Assembly (NCBI GenBank): GCA_008369845.1
Contig: MRSU01010484.1
Span: 57,659-77,658 of the forward strand
Source of the DNA: Trichomonas gallinae
Taxonomy: Eukaryota
Direction of reading: 5' to 3'
Length of the DNA: 20,000 nt
Of the stretch, positions 10,201 to 17,225 are shown in pieces (within the stretch, counting starts at the first letter, position 1; every line of letters starts with the position of its first letter). A program made the position numbers and the translations under genes. Under the pieces are notes generated by a model, which searched no databases, was not told the DNA's origin, and was given only the letters and a program-made list of their open reading frames with translations.

Positions 10201-12233
10201 AATGCCAAAGTTGAATAATTAGAATCATATTTAACAGTGAATTTCGAGTCTTCTCCGACAAATTGGAATAAAGGGAATTTGCTTTCTGGGTATTTGGAAG
10301 CCTCTAAAAAGATAGAACTGTGATCAACAACTGATTTGGCGACAGTTGGAGAGATGAAGGACGATGATAGTTTAGGAAGATATATGTTGTCCAGTGGATT
10401 AGTGTATTTGCCGTAAATATGAATTATGAGCAAATCAAAATAGTCATTAATATTAAATGGATCGCATTTCTGCATCAAGAACGGGAAACAAACTTTTGTT
10501 GGTATAAATGTATCATTGAGATTCCTGCCATAAGCAAATCTCAAGTATTCGTCTTTTTCTAAAGAAAAATGCATCAAATCATCGAGCATCGAATAAATAG
10601 TATCGCAATAGCTTGGTATGAACTTTCCTTGTGCTAAAGCTGAGATGTAATTGACGAAAGACATCTTGTCCAAGATTTTTTCTTGAAATAGCGCAAAAAC
10701 TGCATTTGTTGTATTTATACGAAGGTATTCCGTTAGTTGTGGGTTGGACTTAGCACACAACATCAAAGCTTCGACGAATTTGCTGGCATCAATTTTTTCT
10801 GCTTGATATGATGAAAGATACTGTGTGATTTGTGGTAAAACAGCCTTACTTTGGATGATTTGAGCGACACAAAACTTCGCTTCGCTTTCTTTCTCGAGAT
10901 CGGAGAAAACAGAAATAAATTTCTGCAAAAGAGCAGATTTGTCCTCGTCTTTAGGTATAAATTCGAAAAATCTCTGGATAAACAATATCAATTGCGGGTA
11001 TTTGTTGAAAATTGTAATTAATTGCTTATGATTCAATGAAGTAATGAATGGATTGAAAAAGGATGTTGCGAATGGCTGAAACTCAGTGTCCATTTGCAGG
11101 AACAAATGGAAAAGCTCGGTCAAATCGATTTTATTCGCAACGTCATAATTACATAATCTAAGGACTCCAGGTACTATAGGTAGTATATTGTAATCTACTG
11201 TGTATCTCAAGAATGAAAGTAGTTCGATGAATGTGGCAATTGCTTTAAAGTTTGATAAATTCATGGAAAACATTACTTGGCTTAATAAATGGGATTTAAG
11301 GACATCATCTGATGGTTTTGTCTCTCTTATGTACGTGTCAAGTGTTCCTAGCAGTGAATTATATACTAGATTAGAAACAAGATTATCATTGGTCAAAGCA
11401 TCAATGACAGACAAAATTCCAGGCGAAATTAGATCTGTTGATGCCTTCAGGGGCACAAATTGTAGAAGAATTGACGGAATCGTTTCATGCGAGTCCTGTA
11501 AAGCAATTATTTTCTCAATAAAAGCGGTAAACATTCCTGAATCTATGGCATCCTTATATAGTTTGTCAACATCATTTTGAATAAGAGAATGTAGAAGCTT
11601 TGCGTATCGAATTGATTCTTCATGTGATAAAGATTCGAATGTTTGGCAAATAATTTGAATGATTTTCACCGTGCTATCATTACCTATAGACAAATTGATC
11701 TTGTCTAAGTTCGAGAAGACGAATTTTAGAACATATTCGCTCAATTGTGATTCTTTATTCATCATTTTTTGGAATATGGCGAACATAAATCCTTCATTCG
11801 CAACGAACTTATTCGAAAGGGCTGGATTATTTAACATCTCTTTCATCGATGGAAGCAATTTGTTCAATGGGTCATCATAGCTTTGGCAAAGCTGAACAGC
11901 TGTAACATAAACATTGACAAAGATGTCTTCAATTTTTAACACGCTCGATTTATCAATAAACTTCGGTAGAAAATCGATTAATGTTTGAAAATCAGTAAAT
12001 TTTTGAGAAAATACGTCCAAATTATTGCCTATATGTGTCAAGAATTTTTGAGCAGCCTTTTCTACGCGCGTAGTTTCGATGTTTTTTGTCATATTTTCAA
12101 AAATCTCATTAAAAAAAGGGATAACTTGTAAAAGCATAGTGAATGTTTGAGAAAAATCGTTGCCGCAGCCCTCTGTTAGCATAACAATTATCATATCGGC
12201 CATGGAATCAACTAATTCATTCTTCACATTCAT
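4218..12233 (-). CDS. Beige/BEACH-domain protein, 2671 aa: helical N-terminus, ConA-like domain, low-complexity insert, putative PH, BEACH, WD40-like region, Cys-rich FYVE-like tail
   Basis: Uninterrupted 8-kb ORF. BEACH motifs at ~5157-5960: WINGQIPTFLYISALNVFSGRT, QYFVYPWVL, RDLTVPMGQL, YGSHY, DHPNRIF, DVKELTPQLY, VVLPTW, WIDLIFG, AKNLFHPLTY, NFGQCPEQIF..DHP. ConA-like motifs at ~9930-10260 (TLAFWL, RWNFIYL, IYVNGKL, IIGG). WD-like segments (VTTGSKTG, VAVYDI) at ~4380-5060. Cys cluster at 4221-4322. Confidence 0.95.
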   Translation of the reverse strand: MNVKNELVDSMADMIIVMLTEGCGNDFSQTFTMLLQVIPFFNEIFENMTKNIETTRVEKAAQKFLTHIGNNLDVFSQKFTDFQTLIDFLPKFIDKSSVLKIEDIFVNVYVTAVQLCQSYDDPLNKLLPSMKEMLNNPALSNKFVANEGFMFAIFQKMMNKESQLSEYVLKFVFSNLDKINLSIGNDSTVKIIQIICQTFESLSHEESIRYAKLLHSLIQNDVDKLYKDAIDSGMFTAFIEKIIALQDSHETIPSILLQFVPLKASTDLISPGILSVIDALTNDNLVSNLVYNSLLGTLDTYIRETKPSDDVLKSHLLSQVMFSMNLSNFKAIATFIELLSFLRYTVDYNILPIVPGVLRLCNYDVANKIDLTELFHLFLQMDTEFQPFATSFFNPFITSLNHKQLITIFNKYPQLILFIQRFFEFIPKDEDKSALLQKFISVFSDLEKESEAKFCVAQIIQSKAVLPQITQYLSSYQAEKIDASKFVEALMLCAKSNPQLTEYLRINTTNAVFALFQEKILDKMSFVNYISALAQGKFIPSYCDTIYSMLDDLMHFSLEKDEYLRFAYGRNLNDTFIPTKVCFPFLMQKCDPFNINDYFDLLIIHIYGKYTNPLDNIYLPKLSSSFISPTVAKSVVDHSSIFLEASKYPESKFPLFQFVGEDSKFTVKYDSNYSTLAFWLNVIEARVSEFIVFHGVRLTLSKEGIMLENNLISKIEPNRWNFIYLSLYDVTLSIYVNGKLETSTKVPAPANSTIIGGKNSNFTTTVLRFYENYSGSNMDVIMKANYDSVSSIESSLCVSPNAFINDKYEIEVPKCIVGYPQIIPTFPLAKYIRRELCGFNYIFAKFFEQDLSWKEGEDYIEALINFQRRGETKIGMIEFSSRMGIIASLFDFTEKIIKDLIDLFMTPVADWVAFENFFCDFDRIMIPAYKNAAFDFLSRYISKEGGIPTFMLNFLFWTIIIGSQDSKEIALLISQMTNQNKVVASSMFACLYKLHQFETIDDSLIYQILGNSVSCYYLLYNLPHDAVIKLTMNIQPEELNTQLSKNVINALSFHMMYDDSWPPLLYIVTKGANCDLNNINFSNFDLNVMIPFLNVVGSLTYGATLSSPDSKWAKLASNIMTELSNTVIPKIKKFTPEYNMWVAILMCLGQKLDCPENISPDPERCEVVYGCKPTPKVRSRRVSDTFTIKLYKQRHSIEQALMNVAARPRAGSRRDSTNAPIDLSSIPGLANLANGIPGLSNIPGISNMASTPNLPQMSNIPGLSENSGISNNASTPNLPQMSNVPGLSIVANTPNNSSVPNLPNMSNIPGMSNVAAVPRRPPRIRAAVPSYSGDASPIGSSPGSNIPGGMSPTGSSVPGMSSTGSNIPGMSPTGSNIPGMSSTGSPTQSVPGLTPSPRSPDSIFGDEIDIPGKQSEFSQDEAIFSIPVTERRSRRLQRASVALSNNDLHLPALLPPGKIGSAPKECPIPRIPAPMPQQSLTPNVSASSFNIGGEMKYTPMVGKEIESIVKKTLPHKIEVGPLSSMPPSFTKFDESKGGFDLLWQDIDDYLSYCNELFGTEGCTEINESVMNCIALFIKSIMAHHSAPQVLLVPPSSTAQKSQVATLLSIVVNLILQGNVDRHIFSIVCNLILDGWLGENTEGILMSCVIKCRQDPTLINQNFILCLAFLPRIITSLGSAINESCDWIFGGEHIKDYPLLAASAMSTAIMVGGMDNIIKALNQNNDKWQKYFSDTSENPLTSDRALKSLVEECGQRSDQMHERLTKENEMSMKLIADIRMFGKEFLSNVSMMYSIANHVCDSIATTYLDAMETSFALGLRRNELYSWRIAKFKGNRNDRMCLSFVGDPVLPTSRFDPSPFDYKMPPYPGGSIPQLYETLYDENRFEKMPKYLWEFTIKPPVSEVIDEKHKLFCWNFPVKPNNLFYIVERIFGEGNDFKAIVNAKILWGIDPLPGIFIISTYHLFYIEGLSLDENNGIVENKFVETENLALRFYSQVIMNGYFGKSFTFCGHIGFQVSLHELIAINTHNWLQKKISIVMSFIRGQQFCLITDEQTTTRLVNILTQLIDQTMQTLPPYLPNIFTPINNARLLNSSLKDVQNQWINGQIPTFLYISALNVFSGRTSCDNTQYFVYPWVLSDYDCKDFIDCDNRDLTVPMGQLPSERRKGYDSTYEDSDHQFFYGSHYMHFGVVLFFNFRVDPFCLLGIHLNRGWDHPNRIFTSVSESWRSASITTPADVKELTPQLYCAPEILVSETTKFISSERDASNVVLPTWSTNPFDFTYKMIQSLESFKVGIKLGFWIDLIFGTKSRGEAAVAAKNLFHPLTYPDRDKTDDPMEAEANEMCIINFGQCPEQIFNKDHPAQKFSYTWDLMTSRDTFVQQIIPPEHSVSCVVSGTQIYFAPKYAFALPELKNYVTLRSIKIPDPYSTFANSTDGLFVTTGSKTGLVILYKVLYKNKQAVTSETIDRIFIGYPISALAVSSAHFMICIAYKNCVAVYDIGTQSILKTIEFESEVKNVIIDDNSAVFFVILNSTIIEYSLSCMKLCEYVSKRKITAASTSNIPKSFADRFVVVCYDDLIVRFFAIENLKLLKEVPIPDIATSIYIHDKCARCVFFSPDMKCFSIESAGLSPQFPLKKSLACNCCVCFTNTIKSCDVCDICGRFCCSKCKPSCTH
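8079..8206. repeat. Coding tandem repeat, 30-bp unit, about 4 copies, encoding GS(N/S)(I/V)PGMS(P/S)T in the BEACH protein
   Basis: ATCCTGT...ACTCATTCC recurs at 8081, 8111, 8141 and 8171. The copy starting at 8171 carries a 3-bp insertion (extra Gly). Confidence 0.9.
8305..8526. repeat. Coding imperfect tandem repeat, 72-bp (24-aa) period, about 3 copies, core S(T/V)PNLP(Q/N)MSN(I/V)PG
   Basis: CC(A/T)GGA anchors at 8305, 8377, 8449 and 8521, exactly 72 bp apart. The first three are each followed by TTTGACAT...AGATTTGG. Confidence 0.85.
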
Positions 12234-12236
12234 TTT

Positions 12237-12244
12237 GTCACTTT
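12237..12244 (-). promoter_or_regulatory. AAAGTGAC element immediately 5' of the BEACH gene ATG (resembles the T. vaginalis core-promoter motif M2)
   Basis: Minus strand reads taataaAAAGTGACaaaATG, with the motif ending 3 nt before ATG 12233. The M2 assignment rests on my recollection of the published consensus. Confidence 0.55.
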
Positions 12245-13236
12245 TTATTAAATAATATTTGAAATAATCATAGATAATTTAATTAGCATAATAATGCTCA
12301 AAACATTTCAAATATTTATGAATGTTCATACAAAATATTGTGGCAGGTTCTGAAAATTATCTGAATAAAAAATTTTACATAAATAAAAATTCTATGAATA
12401 AAATTGGCAGTTTTTAGTGTAATTTTTATTCTATCATTGTTTAAGAATGGGAATTCTTATTTTTGTTATTTTTTCAGAAATGGCAAAAATCAGAAAAAAA
12501 AATGAAAAATCTGTCAGATTCTCTTCATTCAACGTTTTAAACTTGAGTCTGCCAAAAAGTTGGCCTTTCTGGTTGGTATTAATATATTCAATCTTGAAAA
12601 TATGCCAAGGATGAAAAAATTACCTTTTCTGATTATTCTCTAACCTTACAGATCATGCTCTACATTATCTAACGAATACAAACTCATTTACAAAACTATT
12701 TGATAAATTATACTAGTATTTCAAATTTTATCTAAGGTAATGTATATCACAACTTTAATTGATTTGTCACAAATTTTGGCAATAAATTATGTGGAAATGT
12801 TCAAGAGTTTCAGTTCCTCTAGATATCAAGATAATTATTAAAAATTGTTGATTTTATCAAGTGTATGCGGTTTTTACTGCACTAAAGTTATATGTTTTAG
12901 TATTGAAATGTATGGATAACATTCAAAAAATGTTTTACATCGAACTACCTTTTCTCGATATTAAGGGCTATATATTGCATTATTATAAACATTAAAAAGG
13001 TAGGAAAATGCAGACTCAATATAATCACCACTAGTTTTGGGGCTCAGTCAGCAATTTTCTCGGATAAACGATGGTAGTGGTTCAATAATCGCTATCGTTT
13101 TTTTTTTTCACTTTTGTGGATTTTTATCGTGACTTTGGTATATGCACATTATTATGCACTTTATCAAAAATTTACAAGATTTTTAATTTCAGGGCGAAAT
13201 AATCGTCCATCGTTTTAGAGCCATAAAAAGTTATTA

Positions 13237-13485
13237 ATGGACTCCACACCAACGCCACATGCATATGCGTACATTAATTATATTGCTGTTGCCGTAGCAT
13301 GCGTTATATTCATTATTGTTGTCGCGATGCTTGTGATTATCTGCACATGCACTAATTGCTGTGAGGAAAATGGTCAATATAGTCGTCGTGAAATACAAAA
13401 GGGAATGTCAGACAATCTAATTCCACCAGTTTTTTATACAGACGCAGATCCATTATCAATGGGCGATCTTCATGATCGCGTCTAA
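13237..13485 (+). CDS. Small single-pass membrane protein, 82 aa, with juxtamembrane Cys cluster; function unknown
   Basis: ATG-initiated, GC-richer than the flanks, one strong TM helix (YIAVAVACVIFIIVVAMLVII), then CTCTNCC and a hydrophilic tail. The stop TAA is part of TAAA. Confidence 0.75.
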   Translation: MDSTPTPHAYAYINYIAVAVACVIFIIVVAMLVIICTCTNCCEENGQYSRREIQKGMSDNLIPPVFYTDADPLSMGDLHDRV

Positions 13486-13486
13486 A
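13483..13486 (+). terminator. Putative trichomonad polyadenylation signal TAAA overlapping the stop codon (same arrangement at 17137-17140 and 19543-19546)
   Basis: Stop TAA followed by A. UAAA is the described T. vaginalis poly(A) signal and often coincides with the stop. A 4-mer is weak evidence in AT-rich DNA. Confidence 0.4.
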
Positions 13487-13810
13487 TACAAAACTCAATA
13501 TTTACTATTGAAATAAACTGTTATGTATGATATTATTTAACCGTACACTTCTTTTCCTCTATCGTAATTTTGGATACATAAAACTTAAATAATATTTGCT
13601 TTTTAATATGTGCAATAATTTTACTTCATGAATAAAATAGATATGATAATGATGCGATTGGACAATGTCATAAATAAATATCACAAAGAACCTAATGGTT
13701 CATGTTAATGGTTTTCTAATAAATAAAACAACAGGAAATTAAATCATTATCACGTATCATCGATTATAATAACAAATAAGAAACTCTATTGTAAAAATAA
13801 GATTTGGCAA

Positions 13811-14491
13811 TTAATTTCCCCAGTTAAACATTTCAAAGGAGAACATATCAAGAGAGGAAATTGTGTAAGTTGGAACTGCTCCGATTTTGGCAAGTGTTCC
13901 TTGATAATTTCGAGTGTTGTTTGTTACAAGGATTGATGCCATGCCAGCATCATTGGCTGCTTTGATACCGTAAGGAGAATCTTCAATTACTAAAGTTTCT
14001 TCTGGTTTTATGTTATAATACTTATCGCAAGCCTTTAAGTAAATATCTGGTGCGGGTTTTCCATTAACTACCTCATTACCACATACATATGAGTCGATTA
14101 AGCTGTAAACATTCATATGAGATTGAATCTTTTTCTTGAAGTTTGTCGAACGAGACGATGTTGCAATAGCCATTGGAATTCCCTTATTGTGAATTCTTTT
14201 GATCAATTTCTCCGCTCCTGGCATAAGGTTTGTATTGTTCCAACAGTTATCGAGTAATCTCGTTCGTTTTTTAATGAAATCATCTAGGCTTCCCGGAATT
14301 TGGTAATATGCCATCATAGCTTTGCATGTATCGTGCGCGTTTTTTCCAACAAGTTGTGATGAAATTATTGGATCAAGTTCGTGTCCGACCATTTGTTCAT
14401 TGGCCCAGGCATACATACCTTCAGTATCTAACAGTGTACCATCGTTATCGAAGATTACTAATTTAATAGGCTGACTCCATTTGTTCGCCAT
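13811..14491 (-). CDS. HAD-superfamily hydrolase subfamily IA (HDHD1/pseudouridine-5'-phosphatase- or beta-PGM-like), about 226 aa
   Basis: Motif I VIFDNDGTLLDTE, LMPGA, motif II AIATSS, motif III GKPAPDIY, motif IV VIEDSPYGIKAANDAGM. The ORF-track start at 14554 is TTG. ATG 14491 gives a typical short N-terminus; in-frame ATG 14539 is an alternative. Confidence 0.92.
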   Translation of the reverse strand: MANKWSQPIKLVIFDNDGTLLDTEGMYAWANEQMVGHELDPIISSQLVGKNAHDTCKAMMAYYQIPGSLDDFIKKRTRLLDNCWNNTNLMPGAEKLIKRIHNKGIPMAIATSSRSTNFKKKIQSHMNVYSLIDSYVCGNEVVNGKPAPDIYLKACDKYYNIKPEETLVIEDSPYGIKAANDAGMASILVTNNTRNYQGTLAKIGAVPTYTISSLDMFSFEMFNWGN

Positions 14492-14685
14492 TTTTGTTCT
14501 GATTTTCCTTGATTTGAGACCAATCGTTTGATTTTTCATAAGAATTTTGGCCAATGTTATGAAAATTCATTATCATTGTAATCACTGCATAACAGTGATA
14601 AATATTGGAAAAAATCATAATCCTAAAATATTCGTTCAAACCCCTATCAAAATCAATTTATCGTCTTTCATTGATTTTATTGAAA

Positions 14686-14762
14686 AGTGGGATTCAAATT
14701 CACAATTGCTCCTATTCTTTGAGTGGGATTGATGAATAATTAGAGTATCTACAAGTGGGATT
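14686..14762. repeat. Three exact copies of AGTGGGATT with unrelated spacers
   Basis: Copies at 14686-14694, 14722-14730 and 14754-14762, with spacers of 27 and 23 nt. Confidence 0.85.
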
Positions 14763-15582
14763 ACAAACTAATCGAACAAATGATAAGTGTTGCACAGTGA
14801 ATATCATCTCTGATTAGTCTAAAAAAACATTTTATAATTGCGATTATTTTCACTTTTATTTTCATTAATTTACATGTCAAAATTGTTTTAAAAATTTTGT
14901 CATTTGTCAAAAATTTAGTATTGTTGCAAATTTATTCATATTGAACATTTTTAATATTAGCAAACAATTATAATTAGTATAAGAATGTTAAACGCAATCC
15001 ATTTTATATTTTGTTATCAATTCGAATGAAATTTGATATTATAGATAATGCTAATCATTATCTACAAGGCTCATCTAATGATTGACATATAGTTTAATAT
15101 ATATCTTTCGAATCTTAATTTATAGATAATATTATTTTCTCTCAAAACAAAACAGTATATTATATAATGTATCAATATTTTCATTCAATGAAATACTAAC
15201 TTGGAACAACTGTAAAACAACAAATTTCAACAAAGTATAGAAAAACTAGAATTATAGTCTCAAAAACGATAAATCACGTTGTTTGGAATGTGTCTATGGT
15301 ATTTTTCATGTTTTGTTCTTCCAATTCCAAAATTTTTTCAAAAAGAAAAAAATGGAGTACTTGGGATGCTAAAATAGATATAATGTATATTTATGAGGTA
15401 AACAAAACTATATTCATCCTCCGAGTCAATTAAATCAATGTCATTATATGCAATCAAGTCATTGACAAAATTTGTCAAAACTTTGTCAAAGCTATCAAAT
15501 TTTCCCGAAAGATTGAAATTGAATGCTGGCAAATATCTGTCTGGTATTGCCTGAACCACCTAATTTTCAACTTTTAATATAT

Positions 15583-15591
15583 TCATTCATT
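15583..15591 (+). promoter_or_regulatory. Tandem Inr (TCATTCATT) upstream of hypothetical gene
   Basis: Two overlapping TCATT ending 12 nt before ATG 15604. Confidence 0.6.
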
Positions 15592-15603
15592 TTTTATCAT
15601 CAT

Positions 15604-17139
15604 ATGGAGGGCCATGATGGCCTATTCGAGGAATACACATTCTTGAAGAGCCATCTACCTATGCATTGTGCCGCTAGACACAATAAAATATTAAGCGAAA
15701 TTTATTCCCTGAGACAGAAAATATTAATTAGTCAGAGAAATCGTGTTATAGCTGATTTTGAAGTATTATACATAAGGAAATCGAGTTTATTACGAGGAAA
15801 ACTGGAAAGCATCTTAAATATAGAACCTGTTACAAGAAATTCAGTCGGTCCAAAAATATCTCAAAACTCAACGTTTTTAATAAATTACATACATGAGAAT
15901 CTCATAAAATTTGCAAATTCTGTGCTTAATTTCAAAAATAACAAAGATTTTAATCATCTAATTGAAATTTGCGTACCTGCAGTATTTGCTAATTTTTGCT
16001 GCGCAGAAGATATACCTGATGGAAACGCTTTCTATCAATGCATATTAAAAGAAGCAAGGCCATTTTTGGCAATAAAAATTTTGACACCATTATTTCGTTC
16101 GATTCTCGGTTTCCCATTCGTTAGAAATGTCATGGACAAGTTTATTCCACAGTTCATTTCAGAGAGAAGACTCTTAGATAAGCATCATATGTCGTTTATT
16201 TCATTGATTGCACACAGATTGATTAACATTATGGTCGATTGTTTAAGTTGTTTGCCTAATTCGATCATGATGGTTTTGCAATTAATTCAAAATCAAAATT
16301 GGAAAATGGAACACATAAAAAAACTATTCTTTGAGAAATATTTTAATCATTTAGCATTGATTTATCTCACTCAGTCGCCTTACAAGTCATATTATGGAAA
16401 TTTAGTTCACATTTTGAATTTTTTTGTCGATGAAGATGAATGCATCGAAATAATTTTGTCGAAATTAAATTTTGTTTCGACAGCTTTGCAAGTTCCTTAT
16501 TTATACACAGAAGAAGATGTAACACATACATGTTATCTCATGTCACCTTTCGATTTGAATGTTATAATACAATGTTTTAGAAACACTTATCCAGACATAC
16601 CTTTTGCAATAAGAGAAATTCAGAGCGTTCATAATTTAACGACAAAACCTTTCTTTGTGTATTATTATTACAATATTCCAGTAGAAAAACAAGAACATTT
16701 TATTTTTGAAAAAGCCAAACCTGATTTTCCGAGAAACTCTTTATTCCTAAAAAGATATACAGAAATAGCAAGCAATGAAATCATTAGACAAGAGGTTTAT
16801 GAACACATCGAACAATATTCACATGACAAAGAATTCATCGATTTCAGTTTAAAACAAGCATTAGCTGAATATCGACAAGAATCAAGATATTTTGAGTTAC
16901 TATTATTATATAAGTTTTATATCAAAGAGATGAAATCATGGCTCAAAATGTCAAACGATTACGCAAATATTTACAGAAGATTTGTGATGCTAAATTTCCC
17001 TCCTCAAATACCAAACACAATTTTTATTAGTTTCTTGTCAACTGTTGAGTTCAGCTATAATCTGATTCCGTTGTTCGTGAATAGCTCAATTTCATCAATA
17101 ATGGAATTCAAGTCCAGAAACAAAATATATGAACTCTAA
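15604..17139 (+). CDS. Hypothetical protein, about 511 aa, predicted soluble and largely alpha-helical
   Basis: 1.5-kb ORF in very AT-rich DNA. Start placed at MEGHDG (ATG 15604) because of the tandem Inr; upstream in-frame ATG 15523 is possible. The stop overlaps TAAA. No motif recognised with confidence. Confidence 0.8.
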   Translation: MEGHDGLFEEYTFLKSHLPMHCAARHNKILSEIYSLRQKILISQRNRVIADFEVLYIRKSSLLRGKLESILNIEPVTRNSVGPKISQNSTFLINYIHENLIKFANSVLNFKNNKDFNHLIEICVPAVFANFCCAEDIPDGNAFYQCILKEARPFLAIKILTPLFRSILGFPFVRNVMDKFIPQFISERRLLDKHHMSFISLIAHRLINIMVDCLSCLPNSIMMVLQLIQNQNWKMEHIKKLFFEKYFNHLALIYLTQSPYKSYYGNLVHILNFFVDEDECIEIILSKLNFVSTALQVPYLYTEEDVTHTCYLMSPFDLNVIIQCFRNTYPDIPFAIREIQSVHNLTTKPFFVYYYYNIPVEKQEHFIFEKAKPDFPRNSLFLKRYTEIASNEIIRQEVYEHIEQYSHDKEFIDFSLKQALAEYRQESRYFELLLLYKFYIKEMKSWLKMSNDYANIYRRFVMLNFPPQIPNTIFISFLSTVEFSYNLIPLFVNSSISSIMEFKSRNKIYEL

Positions 17140-17225
17140 AAAGTATGAAATTGGACGCCTTATATTCGTAGTTTAGCAAGGAACATAATATATATTATTG
17201 CCCCATCGAAAATATTTAATATTTC

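Noticed and set aside
1234..11880. Many 60-136 aa ORFs nested in or antisense to the LCAT, transporter and BEACH genes
   Set aside because: Shadow or alternative-frame ORFs of established genes, several with non-ATG starts and none with a recognisable domain.
14686..14762. Repeat-spacer pattern as a mini CRISPR array
   Set aside because: Repeats are only 9 bp and three in number, there are no cas genes, and the context is eukaryotic.
15195..15200. ACTAAC as an intron branch point
   Set aside because: Not followed by the fixed-distance ...CAG of trichomonad introns (ACTAACACACAG type) and it lies in intergenic DNA. None of the called ORFs requires an intron.
14547..15559. Short ORFs 14547..14732 (+) and 15338..15559 (-) in the HAD-hypothetical spacer
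   Set aside because: AT-rich, no recognisable motif, at least one with a non-ATG start, and they overlap probable promoter elements; likely chance ORFs.
17141..17176. Frameshifted continuation (KYEIGRLIFVV*) of the 15604 gene
   Set aside because: Only 11 codons before another stop, and the normal stop already overlaps TAAA. No support without paralogue alignment.
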